Positions 13,823-26,816 are shown, counted from the whole stretch's first letter. The stretch is DNA of 63,092 nt, filler included, from Choristocarpus tenellus KU-1152 (GCA_964200185.2; 11 parts of 11 records of this genome joined end to end with filler, not necessarily neighbours in it), one strand, 5' to 3'. The notes: generated from the letters alone by a model not told the origin. A program made the numbers and translations.

Positions 13823-14404
13823 GTAGTTTTTATAGCCATTTGGGGTTGTTGGGACAATGCAATTATGTTTCAAGTGGATGGAGTAATTCCTTCACTTAGT
13901 GAGCCACTCAATTAAATCAATTCCACACAAGCTACATATCTCTATCTCGGAGAGGTTAGGTGCTCTGGGGAATGGGATAGATATCGGATGGGTTGGCAAA
14001 GAATATCTCATCTCTACTGACCATCTCATGTGTTGTATACGGTGGGGGAGAGGTTGCTAGGGGCTGGCTGTCATTTTACTTGAACATGAAACACTTAACC
14101 CTAGGTGGTGGTAGTTGATTGGTACAAGTACTCTTAAGCCCCTTTCCCTCTAATGCATGACACTCTTGATGGCGAGATGCCTCTTCCTCCTCCACCTCTG
14201 CCCATTTGCTGTTGATCTTTATCTTTCTTGTTTATTTCTTCAGTTAAAAATGCTCATCTGAAAAACACTTTGCAAATATGAACTTTGGTTGCACATATAC
14301 AATATATACAACCTTGATTAGTTGTCACTATTATGGCACCATCCCCCTTGAGGCGCCATCCATTACCTCTCTGTATCAAAATCTTCACATCTTTTGTTGT
14401 ACAG

Positions 14405-14671
14405 GTGAGATTGATGAGGATGAAAAAGTTAATGACATTCTGCGGGTGGAATTACCCGATACCCCAGACTGTCGTGGTGTGATAGCTGTCCTTCGCCTTT
14501 ATGACCATGCCAAAAAAGAGAACAAGAGGAAAGGGGTCGCCACAAGCAAGTCTGGTTGGGGAGTCAGTGCAAACCTTGAAGACTGGGAGGGGGTTTACTT
14601 GGATGGTGAAGATCGTGTGGTGGCTCTAGATGTTGAGGGGAACCCAGGAAACCGTCAGCAGCAACTTATTG
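14405..14671 (+). CDS. Next exon of the same uncharacterised protein
   Basis: tgtacag|GT GAG ATT...ATT G|gtgagt, phase 1 at both ends; EIDEDEKVNDILRVELPDTPDCRGVIAVLRLYDH... Confidence 0.75.
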
Positions 14672-17600
14672 GTGAGTGAGGCATTCTCTTGTGGGGACTC
14701 TAGTTCGCCTGAATACACACTTCAATGGGCGCATTTTTCCTGTTTAAACTGGGCCTAATTCATGGTTCTCTAGTGATCAAATATAACTCCAAGGTGAGAA
14801 CCTAAAGGTTTCGGCACTAGAAGTAAATTACCAACTCGTGGAGGCACTGACTGTGTGCGAAGCAGCTTTGCCAGTGAACGGTTGATCAATGACAACAACA
14901 CGTGAAATGTGACAGTTGGGGCATTGCAGCTTTGCCAGCGATCGAGACTCCCCCTTTGCTATGTTCAGAGCAACTCTATGCATGGGACCTCAGGCAGTCA
15001 CATTTGACACCGTCTTGTATACCGAGAATAGCTTCCATAAAGAAATGTAATATATATATATATGTATCTATCGCCTCCCAGCCCCCACCTGTTTTACGTC
15101 GATGTACATATGAAGATGATGTGTACTAAGCAATGTTCCAGTGTCCATGATGCAGTAGTACATAGTAGACACTCAAGAGGAACGTATATACATATACATA
15201 CATATACATACATATATATATATATATATTTTGTCCTTCATTTCCCAGCCCTACCCAGCCTATACTTGTGTTATTTGGAAAAATAAGAATGCAGAGGCCT
15301 AGCAAGCTCTGTGCCAGAAGGAGAACAGTCCTTTTCTGTACAGTGTATGTCACAGCACAGATGATGACCTGTGTTGCCAAATGCAACAGAACCGTTCACA
15401 CTTTGTAACAGCTTGTTGGCTTCTGAGGTGAAATGCGTGTTCTTTCTCTCCACGGTTACGGTAGATGTTCTCACCGAAGCAATGGCCTCCCCTCTCCCCT
15501 ATCCTTCCCGATTTCATCCCGTCTTTATACTTGAGGATGGAAGTAGGACCAGTTTATGCTTTTGTGAAGTCTAAGGATGTTTCCGTGCTGTTATTTAGGT
15601 TTTGACTTCCTTGACCAGGCGTTATTTAGGTTTTGACTACTTTGACCAGGCCATGGGGGAAGGGGGAGGGGTAGAGCAAGAATGCTCCGTGCTTTTTGTT
15701 TCGTTTTTTGATGTTTTGTGGCCCATAGCTCCAACATGTAGTGGCCCTTGTTACGTGTTGGGTGAGTTTGTGTTAACAGGTGGCAAAACAGTCAGAGATA
15801 GTGTCTCAAGGGCTGATCCAGGAATACGTCGGGAATTTCTCTCAGGTCAAATATAAGATATACCTTCTGATATACCTGGTCAAATGTAAGATTTGCTTTC
15901 TATGTGTGTGTTTTGTGAGTTGTCGTCAGAATGCTGCACCCCTAGCAATAGTACACTTACTGCCATGCAGAATTGACAGGTTTTGTAGGATATTGGGAAG
16001 GCATTGCCCTCCTATTTGTACCTCAAGTGTATTTATACGTTGTACCTATGCAGGCAATAATACATGACGTGTGTGACGTGTGTGGAGATGACCCTCCACT
16101 TGCCCTCGACTAGGAAGAATCAAAATTGTTTGATTGGTATGGCGTGACGTACCAAGTTGGTAGGAGCAAGGGAGGGGGGGGGGGGGGGGGGGGGCGCTCT
16201 GTTTACAAGGGGACTTTTTGTTGTTGGTGGGGCTCTTTTTCACATTAAAAACACCGTTTCCNNNNNNNNNNNNNNNNNNNNNNNNNNNNNNNNNNNNNNN
16301 NNNNNTTAATTAATTAANNNNNNNNNNNNNNNNNNNNNNNNNNNNNNNNNNNNNNNNNNNNATGGACAGCCGCCACCCCCCCCAGATATGTTGAGCCTGG
16401 TAGGTATGGGAGATGTTGCTACTTCACAAAAACACACATATTTATCCCACTGCATTATATTTCCCTTGAAGTCATCATTACAAGATGAACTCCTATTCTG
16501 TTTGAGTTCAAACTCATAAGTATTGCAGCTGTTGGCCCAATTTACAGAGTGTAAGACATACATGCCTAACACGTGTTTATGTGGGCTCAATTATGTACTT
16601 TTTTCTGTTTATCCCCTCTCGCCTACCCTTTTCTTTGCCACAATTATTATTTTCTTTACATGCGAACATCTTTTTGGATGATCACACGACTTTCGATTCA
16701 TACTAAGACTCACAAGTTTTGGTCATTTTACCTCATTTGCCTTTTCTTCCCCCCTGTGCATACACCACATCTTAATGCTATACATGCACAATAACACCCC
16801 CCCCCAAAAAAAATGTTTACTGCAGAAGAGAGGCCAAGAAGACAATTTACCGCGCACAATTTAGTAAATACCTTTTTTTCGTCACGTAAAAAACAAAAGG
16901 TATATTTTCTGACTATTTCTGGGGATCCTTTTAATACAACTAGGTCTCTCACTTTATACTAATCTTTCAGCTTTCTTCACATCATATCTGACTTCGCTTG
17001 CCCACTATAAGGACAATGGCAAAATGAGCACTTCATTATTATCTGGAACTATCAAATGGGCCCTCTACTCGAAAACCTCGCTTCTCTGCCACATATTGTT
17101 AGAGTCAAACCAATAGTGTGAGAGGTAGGCAGGTTTCGACCCTTTTGCATTCTAGGTAATCTCTCTTACTTACCCTGTGCAATACCATCTTTTTAATCGC
17201 TTTATGTGCGCAATAGCGTACGCAAAATTGATATTCTCCCTTTCCACACACAAATTGACTCCACAACTAAGTAAAGGCTGTTTCTGGAATTGCACAAAAC
17301 GTCGACATTTTGCCCTTTTTCGGAATCCTCAAAATGCTACCCTGACTGCCTCTAATTTGGTTTGGGTCTGTATCCACTAATGTCCTCACACATAGGTGGG
17401 CATGCTCAGGAGCATTTTCAAACCCTCATACCATATTTATAATCTGGGCCATGGCAACAATAACACTGGCAAGAGGAGCTCTAGAAGCTCTGGGGACTGT
17501 CCACTGGACTTGAAGCATAAGGCTACCCAATAACATACAGCTCAAATGGTTAGGGGTCAGAGCCAGGATATATCATCGGGTACTCATCCCTACACACCAA

Positions 17601-19836
17601 AGATTGATGTAGACTTGGACTGTCTAGACAAATTGAAACGCTTGTGTCCAATATGTTTACTGAGGTCTCAAAACTTGGACAGAAGAAGAGGTAGGTCTTA
17701 CGAAGAGGGAAGCCTATTCAAGAATACTCAACAAATTTGTTTGTACACGGTATTTTTTTTTGTTCTATATGACTCATGATTTCCATATTTTCGGCGTGAA
17801 TGAAGCACATCGCTCCAGTCTACTACATTTTTTTGGAACTTTTGAACCACATTTAAAATACTCCCAGTATATGCCAACAGTGCTCTAGTCAACACACACA
17901 TCTGTTCACACAATCTCGCAATTGGGTTTGTTGGTACCAAGGAGGACTAAAAACCACCCCTATCAAAAAATTGCCTCTGCCTTTTTTCGGTGAGATCTAA
18001 GACAACATTAACGTGTTCGTATAAGTCTCTTGTCTCATCCTGTAGATGGGCCCAGACCAAACTCCTAAAATTAGAGTGTCGTCTAAATTTATTGTAGGTT
18101 GCAACCATTTTTTCATTGAAGGGTATTACAAGGAGATAATTAGGTAAGTAAGCAACCTTCATCTACTTTTCCACTTCTACGCTCATTTTAACAAGAAACC
18201 CACACACCATAGATTTGGAGATATCACAGATGACGTAGACAGATATGGGTGGGGTCATTTTGGAGGTCAATAAGAGTGTTGGTATTGCGGTTGTTAGCCC
18301 CCATCCCATATTTTCTTAACAATAGTAGTTGATCATAACTTCATCAAAACATCTATTGAGTAGAGTCAGTACACCATGGATAAAATATTACTGTTATTAT
18401 TATTGTGCAACTATTGATATGTAGTTGATAGGTTGATGACGTACTATTGTGCCATCTTATATTGAGAGTAGAGTCTAATTGTAGTACACACAACACTCCT
18501 ACTACTACTCTTCCCTATATTAAAAAGTAGTTTTTTTAAAATCGTACTTTGAAATAGAATTTGAAGGCAGACGATGGGGAGGATGAAAGCGATATTTGAT
18601 ATTTTGCATCGATATCGGTCTTCCATATTTTTATATTTCATCTAACAGGATGGGTCTGCACGACTTTTGACCCCGACTTCAAAGACCATCGACCCTTGTT
18701 GGGTGGTAAAGCCTACCAACACAGTGGTGGATGGGGTCGATGAGAGGTTCTAACTGAGGGGAAGGTGGGAAAGATCGGGCTAAGAAATACCAGGACGAAG
18801 GACCTTGGAGCTTAACACGATCGACCAGAGGGGGTGAGAGAGGCATGGTGTTGGTTGGTGCCCCTTGGCCTGCTTGGTGGTCAGTTGTGGGTTGCTCATA
18901 TCATGTACAAGATCGGTAGGATTAGGATAAATATCTGGGTGATGAATTAGATGGTTTTACTTCTGAACGAGAGAGATTTTGCGAAAGGTGTGAGGAAAGG
19001 GCCTTACCCAAAGAGGACCTCCTTGGCATGACTTGTCGATTGTGACTTAATGTGAGTCTATTTGGTTGACCCTTGGGGCTTCACAACGGAGAGGATTCTG
19101 TGTAATGTGAGATTGTGGTCGAGAATAGCAATTGCTGGGGCTCACGGGGTTCTCGCCATGTCAGGATCCTTCGCCTCTTGTCGAGGATCCTGTGTTGTCT
19201 GGTTGTTTGCTTCCTCATGTTTGGTGCCTGATAGTCTTGAACTGTCTCTCTTTGACGTTACCCACCCTTTTATGAGGATGGATCTACCTTAGTTGCACGG
19301 CTTTGTTATTCTCGGGCCCACCGTTTGGTTAGACTATTGGGTAACCGAGCCGCTACGTAGAGATGTTGGAGGATTGCATTCCCCCGATTGATCCAGTACC
19401 CATAGTCCAGCGACCGTAATAGATACCTTGTCAACCTTGTCAGAAGCCCAGCAAGGATCGTTCACGAAGGTTCCTTGGGCGAAGTCTAGAGCTGATTAGA
19501 ATGTTGGTTTGATCGATCTGATGACCAACGCTTCCTCGGCGCTTCAGACATGCCTATCTCGCTGAAGCACCCACACAGGAGCATGACATAACAAAATTGC
19601 GCACACGTGCACAGATTCGCAATCAGGGACTCAAGATTTGCAGCCTGCTTACCTTTGGGGTAGGAGAAACGAAAACGTGACAACTCATAGGCCTTCATCC
19701 AGTGACCAGCGAGAGGTCGGAGGACGAAACCCAGCCAGGCAACATACTTTTCTTCCTGGTGGTTTGGGACTGGGGCGGGAAGAGGATTTGAGCGCACAAC
19801 TAGGCATAGAGGGTAGAATTGCACTGTGAGAAACCA

Positions 19837-19980
19837 ATGAAGGTTGAGCAGGCAGCAGCGGTGCTGGGGGTGGCTGTGGATGCTGACCCTGAAACTCTCA
19901 AGGCAGCGTATAGGCGATTGGCTTTGCGATGGCACCCAGACAAGTGCCAGGATCCTGATGCCAAGGAGCGATTCCAAGAG
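19837..19980 (+). CDS. DnaJ/Hsp40 J-domain protein, first exon
   Basis: MKVEQAAAVLGVAVDADPETLKAAYRRLALRWHPDKCQDPDAKERFQE with HPD motif, then donor gtgaga. I found no downstream exons before the spacer. Confidence 0.9.
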
Positions 19981-20599
19981 GTGAGAGGTGCTGCTAGTGT
20001 TTTACGGTGGTTTTGGAAAGAGTGGGAGGGGATGGGGGGCATAAGGGAAGAGGAAAGACTGAATATTCAATGTGGGTGTAGTTCCCCGTTGTACCATAAG
20101 GGTTGTGCTCTTGGACTAGGGATGCGTCTCTATCCCCTCTGAAAGCATGTTTCGGATATGGGTTATGCTACTGGGTTAGGTTGTGTAGCATAGAGAGGTT
20201 TGAGGGGTGCATGTTGGGGAGGGGGATCCCAATGGTTGAGTTGACAGGAATCAGTAGACATTGGATTCTATGCCAATAGGTATAATGCAGATACTCTAGG
20301 GATATGGTGAGGACTAAATATATGTGTGCAGGGTGTTATTGGGAAAACTGAGCGAATTGACTGAGAAAGAAAGGAAAAAGCTCTTAATGCTGTCACGGCC
20401 TTGATAAATATCCAAGGTTGTTAAAATGTGAGTTATCACGCAAAAGGATACTTATGGTCGGAATGTTAGTTGAGCTTAGGGTTAGGGTCTAGTCTGTGGC
20501 ATGATGTGCATTCCTGTATCGCTCCCAAGTTGGAACATGGTTAGAAGCAACAACCCAAAGAACCTCTGCACCTCGGTCCTCTACCCGAAACCCCAGTGC

Positions 20600-21330
20600 A
20601 CTTCTCATTCCCTCATAACTTCACCACACTGCTAGAAGTAGCAAGGCTGGCAAAACCATTAGGGTGTGGTTTGTTCTTCTTTATGTCTACCAAGGCCATA
20701 GGCCTAACATTGATGGCCTCATGTCGGTAGACCAAGGACCTACCTGTTCTTTATGCCACACACTCTTCCAGCAAGAAATTAGATACAAGAGATCTCCTAC
20801 TACTAGGATATAATTTTTGTATGTAATTTCACCGCAGGTGTTGGATTCAGTCTGCGTGACAGATGCTGGTGATAGATGTGCTGTAGTACAATGCAAATTT
20901 TGTTTGACTTTTTTGTATGATGTGGACTTGGAGAACACATCCCGAACCCTAGAGTATCTCCACTCGGCCTGTTGGTATCAACCACAGTTAGGAATTTAAA
21001 TAGCGAGCCGCTGTCGCTTCTTTTTCACTCTTGTTAGGGTTATCTATCCAATAACAGGAACACTCCTTGTGCGCTGATGAAGAACTTGGTGCCGCTCTCC
21101 ATGAGAGCAGGTTGTAGGTACTGTATCACATAGACCTGGTAGGGGTTGAATCAGAATGAGGCTAGTCTTTGTGAATACATAGCTGTTGAGAGGGGCAGTC
21201 TACTCTGATGTGCCCTATCCCTAGCCTGTCGATACGAGGGTTTTTCGATATTAAGAGTGCCTTGACAGATGTGATACCCTTTACCTTCACCTTCACTCCC
21301 CTGTCTCGGCCTGATGGTGGCATGACACGA
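20600..21330 (-). pseudogene. Possible highly decayed LTR-retrotransposon remnant
   Basis: Partial zinc-knuckle-like GIGHIRVDCP in a region full of stops. Confidence 0.25.
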
Positions 21331-23098
21331 TTATTTTTTGTCACTTGATGGAACATTGATTAACAGGTGTCAGTGGCGTACACAAGGCTGGTGTCAGGTG
21401 AATCTGGAAGAGACCATGATGGTCCGGGGTGAGTATCTCAGGAAATCATGCCTCAGACCGGATCAGGGTTAGGGTTAGGGTTATGCTGCTTTGGTGTATT
21501 CTTCGTAGTACTTGATGCTAATCACTTGTACTTCAAACTATGTTATGTTTATAGTATACTCTGCAGTTCAGGAATTAATAGTAGAGCTACACTTTGTGCC
21601 AAGCTGGTGATACTCCTGAGGAATCGGAGATTGCTACCAGCAAAATAAGGAGGGGGGGCGGGGTGGCAGGTTGGTATGACGATGTGATTAATACCTCTCA
21701 TAGTAGAATATAGTTTTGCCGTACTGCCCACTCCAATCCATTTTATGCCCTGGCTCTGTACTGTACTGAACTATCTGTGATGACAAGGTTAGAATTACAT
21801 GCTCAGGTGATTCGGGTTAGCGAGTGCCTGTGATATTCCAAATATTATAAAAAAAAAATATATTTTTTGGTCGCGAGATGCGTTATTAAATAATCATATC
21901 TAAATTGGATCGAAAAGTTAAATTCTACTTGTAACCTTTGCTATTTTTTTTAATGTTTATCCGTGTGTTTTTTGTGTGTGTGAAATTCACCTTGACGAGT
22001 CGCCCAAGTGTGAGGCATTGCAATATACTAGGGCAGGCATGTGATTAGTTTTTATTTTTTTATGTGCCAGCAATTGGTTTGGAAAGGTCCAAAAATTTGT
22101 ACTACTATTGTTTTAGTTTTAGCTGCTGGTGTGTAGTGGTAAGTAAGGTAGTATGTCATTCCAAAAAGATCTTTTGGTTCCCTAGCCCTAAGGAGGCTTA
22201 ACCTCAACCCACACCTTCCTTCCCCCTAATCTCAGCTGTTTTCTTGAAACCATCATGTGGTCTTCTTGGGTAAGGGGGCCTGCTCCGCCATGCATGCAGT
22301 GCCTGCAGAGTCTGGTGTTAGTGCCGGGGAGCAGCCCACAAGGGGGCTGTTATTATTGGTTTGGGGAGTTGTAGGGAAGTGAAGGAGGTGTTGGGGTAGG
22401 GTTAGTTGTCCCCAATGGTGACAATACAATAGCTTATATTCTCAATTTAAATTTGAATGGATTTTGTTGTGGTGCATTGTTCCACCAGTTCAATCTAGAG
22501 ATGTTTTGTTGCCCCCCCGCCCCCCCATCCTTCTCCTGTCTCGTAATTTTCACTCTTCCATTTTTTTTTGTGTATGTGTGTGTGTTGGGGGGGGGGGGGG
22601 GCATTATTTTTTGTGTGTTTGTGGGTGTTTGGGGGGGGGGCGGGGGTGGGCGGGGCGGGGGCCGGGGGNNNNNNNNNNNNNNNNNNNNNNNNNNNNNNNN
22701 NNNNNNNNNNNNTTAATTAATTAANNNNNNNNNNNNNNNNNNNNNNNNNNNNNNNNNNNNNNNNNNNNTAGGCCCCCTCACCACAATGCCCCCCCCCCCC
22801 CCCTGAAATGTCATTACTTTTTCTTTGTGTGAGCATTTTGTGTGCGTGATGCTGGCATAACCTTTAGTTGTGTTTTTTCGAGCAGACAAATGTAATACCA
22901 GTTTTTGTCTCAAGGGACATGGGAGAAAGCAGTGTGTATCAGAGGGAGCAAACCGTTCTTGTCGGAGTGGAGTCTTCTATCGTCTCTCTGCTGACACAAA
23001 TTCCCCTCCCTCCCTCCCTCCCTCCCTCCCTCTCTCTCTCTCTCTCAAGGTGTTGATTTTGCTAGTTCTGCAGTTTTGTTTGATGAGTAAAGACCCAC

Positions 23099-23273
23099 CA
23101 GCTGCATCTATCAAAAGCAGATAATACCTACTGCAAGAAGTTGAATGAATATTTAGCTCCAGATTTATTGATACTTGATGAATTAGGATTTAGGGAAGTT
23201 CCTAGTTATTCATCAGATGATTTTTTTGAAGTAATATCTAAAAGATATGAAAACTCATCCTGTATAGTGACCA
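23099..23273 (+). pseudogene. istB: Fragment of bacterial IS21-family helper ATPase IstB
   Basis: QLHLSKADNTYCKKLNEYLAPDLLILDELGFREVPSYSSDDFFEVISKRYENSSCIVT: Walker B (DLLILDELG) plus the IstB FEVISKRYE.S.I.T motif; AT-rich codons; no start codon and no Walker A. Confidence 0.85.
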
Positions 23274-23436
23274 ACTACTATTGAAGGTTTTAATTTTAAA
23301 AATAATACTATAGTATTTATACAGGCTATCACGAGTTGGTAAGTAGATTTTAGCTTATTAAATAGCCCAGACATTTTGATATGTAGATTAGAAATATGTG
23401 GAATAACTGGCATATCTTGAGTTATATATTTTTCAC
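23270..23436 (-). pseudogene. murG: Fragment of bacterial MurG (lipid II GlcNAc transferase), Rickettsiaceae-like
   Basis: EKYITQDMPVIPHISNLHIKMSGLFNKLKSTYQLVIACINTIVLFLKLKPSIVVG, cut exactly before the expected FGGY; resembles the N-terminal domain of rickettsial MurG as I recall it. Confidence 0.65.
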
Positions 23437-24090
23437 CAAGAGGAAAATTCTTTGCGTTTAAATGTCATATTAAATTCTCATGCAAGGTATGATGGCGTTT
23501 ATTCTAGTTATAAGGAAGTTTTTACAGATAATGTGCCCAGGAGAGTTGAAGCCCTCATGCATGACATCAAGATCAGACTTTGCTACTTGGCTGGATGCTG
23601 TGTTTTCTAACCAAGTAGGCTCTGGATGTGAACTTTGCTTTTCCCTTGCAGGTGGTGTTCTCAATCTTAAGGTGCACTGAGCCCTACCTCAATCAGTACT
23701 TCACAGGGGCAGCTGGGTGTTACAAAGAGCTAATCCAGGCTGGCTTTAGCACTGTGAGAGCTTCAGTAGTAAGGACAGTAGCTACAGTCTAACTGCTTGC
23801 TTGAACTCAGTCCGTACAGAGTAAATACCCTGTGATTCAATTCTTATGGAGAGGTGGAGAACGGATATCGACTCAATGATGTCTTTACTTCTATTGTAAG
23901 ACTTCTAACCTTTGTGTTGATTTTTTTTTTTTTACTTCTGGGTGCTGAGACAGTCATTGGTTCATGCTACTCTCTTAATACCTCAGGTGTTCACCAAAGT
24001 TTCAATGCCGCTCCCCTTAATCTCTATATCTGCATTCGTAATGTACGTCACTTAGGGATGCATACATATCTCATATTTACACGAGCGTTC

Positions 24091-24192
24091 AGAGTTAAGA
24101 AGTGTGAATGTGTAAATTAGTAAGAGTTAAGAAGTGTAAATGTTTAAATTAGTAAGAATCAAGAAGTGTAAATATGTAAATTAGTAAGAATC
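24091..24192 (+). repeat. Minisatellite, ~32 bp x3
   Basis: Unit agagttaagaagtgtgaatgtgtaaattagta with variants. Confidence 0.85.
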
Positions 24193-26816
24193 ACACCAGA
24201 GGAGTTTTCGTGTGTCATGTGTAATCAGAAAACTGCATCGAACTCCATTCCTGGAAGTTCATCCCCTATCAAAAAAAGGTCTGAAGTGAAGGTGGTGGAA
24301 GGTATCGAAGGAATTGAAGGTATACCTTATCATGGACATTGAACTAGCCGTGGCAAGACTCGCAACGTTTGAGATCATGAAGGCCTCGGAGGCGAAGACC
24401 TGGGTCAGAAGAGTTTTGGGGTAGAACTCCAAGGTCAGTTCAAGGTGCTGGAACTGGGTGGTTAGACAACGTGGCCATGAAAAAGGAGGTTGCAGGTAGA
24501 TTGCTGACACGAGCTCGACTCTAAGAATCTTCAAATCCAGAGGAGCAACCGGAGCCAAGTGGTCTTGTTACTGAAGACATGGGAGTAGATTCAGATGATG
24601 AGGGATGCGAGGACCCCCACAAGGTTGGGTCTTCAGAAGAGCAGGGATGAGGAGTCTGACATGGGTAGCTGGGTCGGTGGGGGCATTAGGGAGATACTGA
24701 ATGAGAAGGAAAATATTTCATGTGAATTCGTTCTTGTCAGAGGGAACTCAAAGGAGAGTCTGCTGACTAAGGCGGGCATTTAGGGGTGGTCAGCACTAAT
24801 TGCAGAACCATCAAGAAGCGGGCTCTGATCCTGTTGTGGGAGTAGTGGGCTCAAAGTCGATAGGTATGGAGCCCGTACTCTACTTCAATTTGAATTTCCC
24901 CTGATGAGATGGCAGTGGTTGCAAACACTTGCATGAGATTCAGTACAGTAGGTGTCATGCAAGAGTTGCTGACAGCCAGCGTATGTTCATTGCTTTGCTT
25001 CGGATGATGGTCATTCAAAAGCATGTACAGGAGGCAGATGGGTTATAGTGTAAGAGGTGAGGCTGAATTGTGACTTACTCTGCTTCAGGTACCCCTTGGT
25101 ATTTGTGCTGAATGCTGATACTGTGGGAAGTGGGGATGGTAGGGATGGATACCTGGAGAGCCAAGATTGAAGGGCAGAAGAGAAGACCAAGGTTGTCCCA
25201 CCTTGCTCTAGGGGAAGCATGGCAAGCATAGTCCTGACTCCACCTGGTGGTTTGTTACAGTATTGGGCATGGTCAAGACAGATGACATTCACAGCGGGGT
25301 CAGGGTCCTCTGAGGGGTTGATATTTCATGAGGTTCAGCAATGATTACAGGGATGTCATTCACAAAGAGGACTTGGTGTTTGGTTGAAGCTTGGAACAGC
25401 GAATAGTCGTATGTGATCTTGAAATCCATACCTTCCAGTTCCATGAAAGGCTTGGTGGACCCAGCAATAGATAGATAAACACAAATATGATCTCTGACAG
25501 TATGGCAGTGATACACTCCTGATCCTACTCATTAGTCCTCTCAACGTTTGTTTCTCATTGATATATTTGCTCCTAAGTAGATGAATGTGTATTGCCAAAG
25601 ACATGCATTTGTTCTTAATTGTTGCTGGCCCCTCCTTGTCAATTCCCTCACGATCAGTGCTCCCACCCAAACCCNNNNNNNNNNNNNNNNNNNNNNNNNN
25701 NNNNNNNNNNNNNNNNNNTTAATTAATTAANNNNNNNNNNNNNNNNNNNNNNNNNNNNNNNNNNNNNNNNNNNNCAGTGCAACGCCGATGGGGAGGCGGG
25801 GGGGGGGGCACAGTCTGCGGTGTTTCGATGGGTTTTTTTTGGAGGACAGAGACCGTTCTCATCGGTTACATTATAGAGCCGGTGTACTATTTTTTTGCAT
25901 GTGTGTACGCACGCACGCACTGTGGTGAGGTGAGGTGCCTCAGGCACATTTTTCTTTTTCAGTGCCGGTAGTTCGTTGTGTAGCGGTAATAGAGGTAATA
26001 GAGCGTTCTTTTTCTTTTTCTTTTTCTCAAGGAGAACCAAAACCAAAACGAAAGGATTCACGAAGGCATCCACCTCACTCGGTGGGGGACTTTGGAAGGG
26101 ATCCGTCTGGAACGGCGCGCGAGAGATCGACTCTGATTTTTAAAAAATATGTATCTTTTAAGCGAAAAACGAAAAAAAAAAAATGTGAGTAAACAAGACC
26201 GGGCAAAAGGCCGTGGTGGGGGAATGGTCTCAACGCTGCCAATACCTTCTTTTTTTTTCTTCTGACTACTGTACTGCGTGACGCCAACTGCTTCTTTTTC
26301 TTTCTTTTTTAAAATTTCCCTTGTGAGGTGTTGACGGGGTTCGGCTGATACATCAGTACGGAAAAAAATAATAATAGAACAAAAAGAGTGTTTCATAATG
26401 GACAGCCGCCACCCCCTCAGATACTTTGAGCCTCACAGGGAGTGAACATTTGCTTTCCGAAAAAGAAAAATTGCTCTGAGGCAGCTTATCAGGTGGTTTT
26501 ATTCTTAGCTGTTGTGAGCCAAACTGGTAATCCCCCCTGCTCCCTCCTCTCTCTCATTACAAAAAGTGGTTGTGATGCCCTTCATCCTCCTCCAAAACCC
26601 AACTTTCGTTGAGTGTATTCATTCTTATCCACTCAGTCAACCCTCTCTTGACTGGATGGCCGCAGATTTATATGCAACAAATGAGTGATAGCTAACACAC
26701 AAAAAAGAAAGGAAAGATCGAAGTGTATGTTCATGCCTGCAGAATAAATATCTAGTGTCACCTTCTGTCAATATTCCACTCTGCCACTGCCACATGTCTT
26801 GTCACATTCCCCTCAC

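Noticed and set aside
24259-25516. Retrotransposon pol next to the bacterial insert
   Set aside because: It looks like decayed coding sequence, but I found no diagnostic motif.
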